In this document: positions 37,136 through 46,712 of the stretch, in pieces | Position numbering within the stretch: the stretch's first letter is position 1 | How the letters are laid out: each line of letters opens with the position of its first letter | Assembly: GCA_977017575.1 (NCBI GenBank) | Contig: CDRNVI010000180.1 | Coordinates: forward strand, 1-54,364 | DNA from: Paramoeba atlantica | Lineage: Eukaryota; Protista; Discosea | Direction: 5' to 3' | DNA length: 54,364 bases | Program-made: the position numbers and the translations under genes | The notes under the pieces: generated by a model | Told to the model about the DNA's origin: nothing | Database searches by the model: none | Seen by the model: the letters and a program-made list of their open reading frames with translations, nothing else

Positions 37136-37293
37136 GTTTTGCTTTCATTTTGTTTTCTCTCTTTATTTCTGAATTGTGTTTTTCTTTTTTTCTCTCTTTC
37201 TCATTCTTTTCTTCTTTCTCTTTTCTTCTTCTTCTTCTCTCTCTTCTCTCTCTCTTTCTTTTTTCTTTTTTCTTTCCTTTTTATTCTTTTTTC

Positions 37294-38500
37294 TTTTTTT
37301 TTTTTAAAGTTCAGACACCAGGTGCCATTTATTGGAGTTAAAAAACCATCTCTAGGATGGAAAAGAGGGGGGAAGAAAAAGGGGGGGAAAGGGGAGATAA
37401 ATTAAAAGTCAGATCCAATGATCTTTTCAGCATGGGATGCATTGGAGTTTCTTTACCAACTTTAGTTCTCACTAAGAGGTCTGCATTTGATTGTCTGCCT
37501 TCTAAAAGCAGGGAGTGAATTCGGTTTGGAGTTTTCAATAAAGTTAATTACATTCCTTCGAAAATCTTCCTCAATAAAGTTCCTCACCAGGTTGCTCTCT
37601 TGGGACTGATGGAACCAGCCTTGGATATATTTCGTAATTATTACAGGGAGGATTAGAGCATTCTCAAGAGCAGTTTGGGCTGGAAACAAGACATGGGGGG
37701 TTGTCACCATGTTTCCTTGGAATTTCCTTACAAAATTTCCTGGGGGGATGGGGAAAGTCCAGTCATGGGTGAGAGGGGAATTGATCCAGTTCCACAGGGT
37801 TGAATTAACAATAATCCACTCTTCACTGGTTTCTGCAACATGTTGTGATCTTGGATCCCAATGGTGGTCATTCACAGCACATGTTCCATCCTCTTTAGAC
37901 CAACTTGCAGCAGTTGCAATTGCATCAGCTTGCTTGTTAAGTTCTTGGGGTACATGGGTGAATTCTATCTCATCAAAGCACATTGCTAACTTACAGATTT
38001 CACAAAGTAGTTCATTCAAAGCATAGTTTTTGATGGCATGGGTTTTGGGTGCAGCCTTGGTGAGAATCATACAATCCCCAACAACTTCAATCTCATTTGT
38101 CATTGATCTGGCACATTGCATTCCTTTCAGGCAGCCTGTAAATTCACCAATATTGTTGGACCCAAGAGGGATGGTTTCAAAACCACCACATATCTCTTTC
38201 CCTTCCCTGAAAACTGCAAAGCCTGCACCCCCCAGATGAGGGTTTGTATGGCCTGAACCATCATAAAACACTTGAAAGCCTTTAAATTTAAAACTTTCCT
38301 TCTCTTTGGTTCCTTTCTTGGTTTGAGTCCTTGGGGGTCAAGGGAGGATTTTGTTCTTTCTCAGGATTTTTTTGAAAATTTCAGTAGCATACTGGGGTGA
38401 TTTCAATCCTTCTGCACACACTATGAGCCACAAACTCAACAGGGCAACACTCACCACAGAGGTTTCTTGCCTGGTAGTATGGAGTGGTGCATCTCTACTA
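37294..38500 (-). mobile_element. 5'-truncated, decayed LINE copy (RNase H region, 3' UTR, poly(A)), inverted
   Basis: ORF 37462-38271 is homologous to the C-terminal RNase H of ORF 46713-51065 (FYDGSG..GSNNIGEF..GDC..NKQADAIA). Its 3' terminus CAATAAATGGCACCTGGTGTCTGAACTTT(A)n matches the end of the intact element. Confidence 0.9.
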
Positions 38501-38580
38501 CTAATACAAACAAAACAAAGAAACAGATCAGTTTAAATTTCCTAAATTTAATATGTTTTCTACAACTTCTGCTCAAAGTG

Positions 38581-39005
38581 GGTTAGTGCTTGTAGTTTAG
38601 TCATAAATTCAATTATATCCAACCCTGGGGGGGTGAGTTCAAATCCCAGTTTTTCAATATTATAGAAAATTTTCTGGTGCTGTAGAGTGATTTGATTGGA
38701 GTGAGGAGCTCTTGAAGAAGTGTGAAAATTGGAACAGATTACATTTCAGCCCTGTCTACTAAAAAGTTGAGGATAAATTCCCTTGGAAGGAGCTTTGGAT
38801 TATTCTCCCTTCTGATGTGCATTCTCCAGCCTGAACTTGCAGAAGTTCTAAAGTTCAGCATAAAGACCAACTGAACTAAGCTGAAGTTTAAAACTTCACC
38901 TCTTGTTCAAGGTTAAAAACAAACATAATTTAATGTAATTCAAATGGCTTAGATTAAGAACTACTAATTGAATAAAGTTTGCCTCAAAAAAAAAAAAAAA
39001 AAAAA
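38581..39005 (+). mobile_element. tRNA-headed SINE, copy B (older, CpG-free)
   Basis: About 94% identical to 43731-44151 by hand alignment; B-box GTTCAAATCC; AATAAA followed by an A20 tail; no TSD recognised. Confidence 0.85.
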
Positions 39006-42000
39006 TAGCTCTTTGCTCTATTTGTTTGATCTGACTCTTGATCTTCTCCAAGTCAATTCCCAATCTCCTTCAAGTTGACCCTTGATCTCTTTCAAGTCAA
39101 CCTTCTGTGAATCTAAATAAAGAACACCATTAATGATATTATCAGAAAGTTTCTCACCTTTTTGTGAGACTTCTGAGGACTGCTCTTCAGTTGTCCATTC
39201 AATATATTTCTGATATACCTTCTTTAGTCTGTACCAAAGTAGACATGTTCATTGGTAATGCTGGTTTTGATTTTTGGAACTCATGCTCACTTTTGATACT
39301 GAGATTGAACATTTGTTCTTTGAATTGAAACAACAACAGTGCTTTGTTTTTGTAAACAAACATTCTGGTGAGGTTTTTTCCTAAAGGCCAGGTTTTCTCA
39401 CAACAACCAATCTTCTACTTTCAATTGTTTATCTTCTTTTTGAGTCAGCTATTTTTCCACCAATTGGTTTTTTGAGCAAGTAACTTTTCTTTTTTTTTGA
39501 ACTTTGAGTCCCAGTTTTCCCATTGGGTTTTTTTACTGCTTTGAACCTATTGTATTGTATTCTTCAATTTCATTTAGTTGCTCAACTGAATTCAAAGAAC
39601 CTCTGAGTCAGTCCAACACTTATATTCAAGAACCTTTGAAACACTCTGATGTTCATGTTCAGGCTGATTCATCATTTCATACTAACCTTCCTTCAGATCA
39701 TGTGATCAATATTCTTTCAAATTTAGTAATCAATGCAGAAAGCCAGGATATTGGTTGTGCATTTGAAGTTGTGTCTCAGGTGGGTGAATTAACAACTACT
39801 ACTTATATAGACACAGGATCTGGTATCAACATACAGGGGTGGGCTCAAGCTGTACTTGCAAAAAAAAAAAATTAGGTTGGTTCAAGGAGACTTTCCTTGC
39901 CCAATCTGATTTTCTTTCCTTCACCCGCCGTGTTGGTGAAACCCCACCTAGTTGAGCACTTCAGAGAAATCTATTATGTCCAGTGGAAAGAGTACATCCT
40001 CTTTCCCTAAGGGCTCCCAGAATGGATCCCACCCCCTCTTGTATTTGAAGAACGAACAAAAAAACACAAACCCAAGTGGGAATTCTGAAGAAATTCCAAT
40101 CAAATTGACCTCGAAGAGAGCGCCTGAGGAAGGATGGTGGTCACAAGTCAAGAAAGAAATACCGAAGACCTTGTCCCATATTGGAACTGAGGTTAACCCT
40201 GTGAAGAACAACACAATAATCTGCCCCATCTTTGTAATGGGTTCCTTTTGTTTCTATGAAGGAATGCCAAACTATCAGAGAGCAATGGCCACACTCAACA
40301 AAATCCCTAAGCTGAGAGGGAACTTCCTCTTGTGTGTTATGAAAGGCCACCTCAACGTGGCCACCTTCGATGAAGAAACGTGTGAACCCCTGGAGAAAGT
40401 CATTCTGGAAAATGGTTCCTTCCTCACAACTGGTTTTGGGAAGCCCTTTGTCTGGAAGAACAACCAAAATTGGAATTTATAGGGCTTTAAACTCTGTGTC
40501 CCCTTTTTAATCAAAGGGGAAGAGTGGATTCAAAGATTGTTTATTGGTGAATCTGCTTTTCCTCACCATGGATTAAGAGAGGTGGCTCAGATCAGCGATG
40601 ATTGTATTGTCATCTTCTATGATGTAATCCCTCTTATTCTGACACGTATTATTGCCAAACACAGAGGTTCTTTTATTATTAACAATGAGTTCCAAGGTAG
40701 GATCTCTTTGTGGACCCCTATAAGTCCCTTTCACGAGAAAGTAAATTGTCAAGTGTGTGAGATTTCACACTCAAGACATTTAAAATGTGCGAAGGAGATT
40801 GTGAACAAGGAGGGAGAGGGAGGAATCATCAAAAAGTTAAATAATGAGACAAACTCTCAGAGGAAATTTCCTTCCTGTCCTGTGATGATCACAAAATTGA
40901 GGGAACAGTCACATAAAAGATTTATTATTTCTATAGAATCCTCGACAAATCAAGGGAACCAAGGCACGAATCTCTCTTTGTCCCAATTTCCCATATTACC
41001 AAATCCCAATCAGAGGGCACCACCCTCAATGAAGTCTGCTGACCCTCATCTCTCATCTACAACCCCGATGGAGGTCAATCAAAGCACAAACGTGAGGGAA
41101 ACTGCTCTTCAAGAAGGTTCCTCCAAGGAAAAATCAGCCCCTTCAAGAAGTAACCAACCTAAATCTTCGCTCAAGACTACTAAGCCTTGTAAGGAATTGC
41201 CCTCCCAAACTCCGGCCACATCATCTTGCTCAGGCAGTACGTCAGAAACCCCAACAATCCCTCAAAAAGATATGATAGATTTCTTTGAAGACATTGTTGC
41301 TGAAACTGATGCTGAAAGGGGGGTTATCTTAATTGAGGATAAGGACGAGATTTCCCCAGATGTGAACAGACCTCAATTCTCATCTGATCCAATTTCTGGA
41401 AGCAAATGGTTGATGACTATCCACAACACTGATGGAGCTTGGAAAATATTAGATGGGGTGAATTTCCAGTGTGAGTGGGAGAGGACTGAAGATAGCCTTG
41501 GGAAGTTGAAGAGCAAGTTGGAAAAAGGACAGCTTAAATGGGAATCAAGTTTTGATGCAGACTTTCTTGGCCACATTATTGATCAGGTGGTTGAGGAATT
41601 GAAATTAAAGCTGAAATCCAGACTGAGGAAGAGGGTAGTGTTGGAAGAGACAATTGAAGAGAAGGAACCAACTTCTACTGAGACCAAACCATTACTTGTA
41701 ACCAAAAAGCCAGCAAAGAAGAAGAAAAAGAAAAGTAGGGAAGAAGAGAAAGGAAAAGAGGAGATAGAAGAAGAGAAAGATGAAAGGGAAAAAACAAAGG
41801 AAAATGACCATGATAAGAATGTCCCCACTGGTGTCCTTGGGAAGGAAAAAGCAACTTATCCTTTTTCAGAGATCCCCACCTCAAATGGTTTCACGGTTCT
41901 TGGAAATTTGCATCAAATAGAATGGGGTGAGATAGTGTTGATGATGGATAGTGCTCGATTCCCTGAGTTAAGCAATGTTTCATCTTCCTCTTCTTCCTCC

Positions 42001-43730
42001 CCCTCATAAAGGAAAGAATGAAAGGAAAGAAAAACAACAACAATTTAAAATCTTTCTTTCCACCACTGAAGGATCCTTGTGTTTCCTCTGACTCTTCCGT
42101 TATTAATCTTCGTCAAAAAACAAACCTTGCCTCTCCAACCCCTCAAGCATCTGTCTTGAGGTCCCAACCCCCTTCATCTTCTTTCCTTCCTCCTTTCCCT
42201 GCACCTCTGCTTCCAAACCTGTATCAGTATAACAAATTCCCAAACATAAGGATTTTATTATAGAACATCAATGGTGTTCATAATGATGAAAAACTCAACC
42301 TTTGCCATAGAATGGCTGCAAGTTGCCATCCTCTGTTTATTTTGCTCCAAAAAACCCATGCCACATCTGAAAAAGATCTTGATCATCTCAAGAATTGTTT
42401 GAGGAAATATTGGTGGTTCAAAGACTCCTTCTTGGAACAGAAGTGGGGCCTTGCCATTGGAGTTAAAAGAATGAAAAGCCTTCATGATATAGAACCATAC
42501 CCAATTGAAAGCTCTGAAAGTGGTTTGTTTGGACTGAGAACCAAGATTTTCAATACTAAATATGCTGTGATGAATGTCTACCATTATTGCGATCTGAAAT
42601 TTCCCTTTATGCAAGACCAAATTGGAAAGTTCTTCTCCAAAGATGGACTGAACATTCTGGGAGGTGACTTCAACTGGGATCTTAATGAACCCCTTTTTAA
42701 AGAGCTCACAGAATCCTCTGAATCTTGGAATCTATCAAAATTGGGGTGGTCAGAACCAATCCATTTCCAAGGACAATGTATCGATTATGTCTTTATTCCC
42801 TTGAACACTCCTAGTGAAAGAATTTTTGTCAATGCAATCCCTTCAAGCTTTAAGGACCATGCAATGATTGTAGGTGGAACTAGTATTAAAGAATAGGAGT
42901 TGAAATCTAACAAAAAGAGAACTTCATTAAAGATCCTAAATTTATTAATACCCTTATTAATGAAGTTGGGGACTATGTGGAAGGTGATCCTGTCAGTTGT
43001 TTTACTAAACTTAAAGAGAAGGCGTGGGAATTAGTTCCTCTATAGAAAGACAAAGGAAAAGAAGCTTACCTTTTCAAAGAACTATGGAAACTCCAGACAA
43101 TCATCAAACGTCTTGCAAAGATCAGGATTTTAAGGAAAACTTCAACCATACACTCATTCTCTTCATTGGAACTCAAACTCTTTTATACAGCTGCAATAGG
43201 ATGGAATGGCTTTCGAGATGACAAAAAATGGAAAATCAAAGCTATTCCTAAAATGATCAAAGCTGAGATAGATTGAATTGCAGTTCTTGAACAACAACTC
43301 GGAATTTTTGTGGATGAACACCCCTCACGCCTTGGTCATAAATCTTCTCCCCATGTTAAAGGTGTAATTGTAAATGGAGTGATCTCTCATGATGATAATG
43401 TGGTTAAAAAAGCAATTAAGAACTTTTGAGAAAGCCTTCTCAGTACAGAAAGACCATATAACAAGGATTCTCTTGACGAACTGATTGCTAACCATCATCC
43501 TCACTTTTCCCCAGTTGAGAGACATGATGTTGATAGGAAGAAAGTTGATAAACTTCTTCAGAGAACCAATAACATCAGTGCAGGACCTGATGGTATCCCT
43601 TTTTCTTTATATAAGGTAACACAAGAAAAGTATTTTGACATGTGGGTGGAACTAATTCAACAAGCGGGTGAGATTATGGAGTTCTCCCCCTCTTTTGGTG
43701 AGAACCAACTCTGTTTGATTTTCAAAGTTG

Positions 43731-44151
43731 GGTTGGCGCCCGTAGTTTAGTTGTAAATTCAACTATGTCCAACCCCGGGGAGGCGAGTTCAAATCCCAGT
43801 TTTTCGATATTATGGAAAATTTTTCTGGTGCTGTAGAGTGATTTGATTGGAGTGAGGAGCTCTTGAAGAAGTGTGAAAATCGGAACAGGTTACATCTCAG
43901 CCCTGTCTGCTAAAAAGTTGAGGATAAATTCCCTTGGAAGGAGTTTTGGATTATTCTCCCTTCTGATGTGCATCCTCCAGCCTGAACTTGCAGAAGTTCT
44001 AAAGTTCAGCATAAAGACCGACTGAACTAAGCTGAAGTTTAAAACTTCACCTCTCGTTAGAGGTTAAAAACAAACATAATTTAATGTAATTCAAATGGCT
44101 TAGATTAAGAACTACTAATTGAATAAAGTCTGCCTCAAAAAGAAAAAAAAA
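43731..44151 (+). mobile_element. tRNA-headed SINE, copy A, with a 14-16 bp TSD
   Basis: A-box-like TAGTTTAGTTG (43743), B-box GTTCAAATCC (43787) and an A-rich tail. It is flanked by TTGATTTTCAAAGT(T/C)G at 43715-43730 and 44152-44167 and interrupts the old LINE RT. Confidence 0.9.
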
Positions 44152-44215
44152 TTGATTTTCAAAGTCGAGAATATCCCCTGTCTTGACCAATTTCGACCAA
44201 TCAGTGTTACCAATT

Positions 44216-44261
<46 letters not shown>

Positions 44262-44343
44262 GGGGGTTCAAGATACATTTGTCTGAATTTCCTATCTTTT
44301 GTTGTAGTGTGTATTCTTGTGGCTGGTTGCCACAAAAAATATT

Positions 44344-46617
44344 ATGGAAACCTCTTCACCCAGTGTAAAGGAAGGAGAGGGTTTTCCTGCCAGAAACGCC
44401 TGGTCAGGACGAGCGGATAGTGAATCATTTGCTCAAGTTGTTAAAAAAAGTGAAAGAAAGAAAAGACCTCTCGAAACCAAGGAAGGCTTTCCAGCCTCCA
44501 AAGGTCTCAGCGATGTGTTACACGAGATTGATCGGAACAATGTCAGACTATACCAAGGTTTAGTCGCGCGCCTGAACCCAAAAACTGTTGTTGGAGCCAA
44601 GTCGAGACCAACAAAGTTAGTGGGATCACTGGATTTTAGACCGGGACTTCCCAACTTCAACAAGGTTATCAAAGCGATTGAAAATGTGACTTCTCTTAAA
44701 GGGAAGATTTTTGTGAATGTCAAGCAGGGCCATTTTGTGATCTCAGCGCTCGAGAACATGGATGCTGCCAGTGTAGAAAAAGAGTTTTTGAACAAAGGCG
44801 ATGAATTGGCAAAAAAACTCAAGAAATCCTTTGTCTGGAGGAACAACGAGGACGCAAAATTGTGGGGGCTCAAAATCAGGGTTCCCTTTGAAGCCGAGGG
44901 TGTGGAGTGGATCCAGAATCTTTTTGCTGGCCCAAATTCTCTTCCGAGACATAACTTGAAGGAAGTAGTTCAAATAGCCCAAAATTGTATTGTTTTGGTT
45001 TACACCCAAATCCCCATTAACCTTGTCCGTCTCATCGCCCACACCAAAGGGTGGTTGGGGATTAGCGATACTCAAGCTCGAGTTTCTGTTTGGACCCCAT
45101 CGAGGCCCTTTGATAAAGTGGTGAAATGCCCCACTTGCCAAATTAACCATCCTGCTTGTTTGGATTGTTTATTTGAAATTTTACAAAAAAAGGATCCAAG
45201 TGAAGTTGGCAATATGGCGAGAACGGAAATGTACTCGATCAACACCCGCGACCCCAAAGGAGTTAAGATAAGAAAACAAGCTGCCAGAGATGGTGTGCAA
45301 TTTAACTTCGTCTCGCCTGAAGGAGTCCCCTCATCCTGTGCCCCTCTCGGTAATACTGGTGAGGCTATGGTGGTGGGCCCTGAGAGAAAAGATCAAACTC
45401 CCTCCAAGTCACAAGCTTCTAAGCCTGCTGAAGGTCTCTCCCCCATTGGTGGTAAAAAAGATGGCTCAAATTTACCTGCGCGTAATGCTGGTGGCCAAGG
45501 GTTGGTGTCTCGCTCACCTAATGTTATTCCTGCTGAACCTACCCCTCCGAAGGGCCCCCCTCCTGTGAAGAAGAGCCATGAAGTTGTACCCAATAATTTC
45601 AAAGTACCTTCTTCCACAACTAAGGGATCAGTTGTCCAAAGGAGTTCCTCTGTGGGTCCAGTCAAGCGTGATGCTGCAGCTCTGAGTAAGACGAGTTCGT
45701 TTTCTCCCATCGGGACCAAAACCTTTTCGAAAATTAAAACGATAAATGGGAGCAGCAAACAAGTTAGTGGATTCTCAGTGCCCCCCATATTGCCAGCCCA
45801 GCGACCGCAAGCTCAACCAAAAAAGAAGGGTACCCGGACATCGGTGAACACATGTTTCAACCCAGTAGTCTCTTCCTTTAAGTCTGCTTCTTCATCAAAA
45901 GAGACTGTGGGCAAGTCAAGAAATTGCGCTGATTCTGTGATCCAGAAGAAGGAGAACAGAAGAAGCCAACCTGTTTCCAGCCCTGCTCCCATCTTTATCA
46001 ACGAAGAAGATTTATCGGTCGAAAATGGATTGGTGGAGGAACCTGACAATAGAAGGGAGGCGAAATCAATGTTAAAGAAATTGAACCTGAACATCGAATG
46101 GGCAAGCGCAACCGAGGATTTCGGAAGAGTTTATGAGGGGTTGGAGAATGGCTCAATTTTCCCAGAGGATAGGAGATTAAGGTGTCAAGCTTTCTATTTG
46201 GTTGAGTACCTTGTGAAGACAGGATGCACTAAGAGGAAGAAGGGCGGATCAGAAGAGGTGATTAATGTTAGAGTAGGGTGGGAGAAAGGAAAGAATGAGA
46301 GTGAGGAGGAAAAGGAAAAAATATCGCAAAAGAAAAGAAAAATCGCACAAGAAAAGGAGAGCGGGGAAAGAAAGTCGGTGAAATTTCCAAATGAGGAAGG
46401 GGTGGGTTTTTTTCATCCACTTATGGAAAAACCTGAGGAAAGAGGCGGTGGTGTCCAAGACGGTGTCCCCTTTTCCTGTTCGGTTGAAGGGTCAGATATG
46501 AGAGTGGAAGGAGAAGAAGAGGAAGAGGGGGATGCTATAGAGATCGAAACGAACGAGGAGTTTGCCAGAACAACCCAAGCAAGGAGAGAGAGTGAGGGAG
46601 GGAAGTCAGTCGTTTAA
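44344..46617 (+). CDS. LINE ORF1 (gag-like) with an atypical Cys/His knuckle
   Basis: 757-aa ORF upstream of ORF2; CPTCQINHPACLDC; S/P/K-rich middle region; homologous to 39952-42009. Confidence 0.85.
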   Translation: METSSPSVKEGEGFPARNAWSGRADSESFAQVVKKSERKKRPLETKEGFPASKGLSDVLHEIDRNNVRLYQGLVARLNPKTVVGAKSRPTKLVGSLDFRPGLPNFNKVIKAIENVTSLKGKIFVNVKQGHFVISALENMDAASVEKEFLNKGDELAKKLKKSFVWRNNEDAKLWGLKIRVPFEAEGVEWIQNLFAGPNSLPRHNLKEVVQIAQNCIVLVYTQIPINLVRLIAHTKGWLGISDTQARVSVWTPSRPFDKVVKCPTCQINHPACLDCLFEILQKKDPSEVGNMARTEMYSINTRDPKGVKIRKQAARDGVQFNFVSPEGVPSSCAPLGNTGEAMVVGPERKDQTPSKSQASKPAEGLSPIGGKKDGSNLPARNAGGQGLVSRSPNVIPAEPTPPKGPPPVKKSHEVVPNNFKVPSSTTKGSVVQRSSSVGPVKRDAAALSKTSSFSPIGTKTFSKIKTINGSSKQVSGFSVPPILPAQRPQAQPKKKGTRTSVNTCFNPVVSSFKSASSSKETVGKSRNCADSVIQKKENRRSQPVSSPAPIFINEEDLSVENGLVEEPDNRREAKSMLKKLNLNIEWASATEDFGRVYEGLENGSIFPEDRRLRCQAFYLVEYLVKTGCTKRKKGGSEEVINVRVGWEKGKNESEEEKEKISQKKRKIAQEKESGERKSVKFPNEEGVGFFHPLMEKPEERGGGVQDGVPFSCSVEGSDMRVEGEEEEEGDAIEIETNEEFARTTQARRESEGGKSVV

Positions 46618-46712
46618 AAAAAAAAAAAAAAAAAAACACAAAAACACAAAAACACAAAAACACAAAAACACAAAAACACAAAAACAAAAAAAAAAAAAAA
46701 AACAAACAAACG

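Noticed and set aside
43731-43800. Functional tRNA gene
   Set aside because: A and B boxes are present, but I cannot form a complete acceptor stem or cloverleaf. The sequence continues 350 bp to an A-tail and is TSD-flanked.
43950-44070. Self-cleaving ribozyme in the SINE
   Set aside because: Hairpins exist, but the core reads CTGATGT rather than CUGANGA and I could not place a hammerhead or HDV fold.
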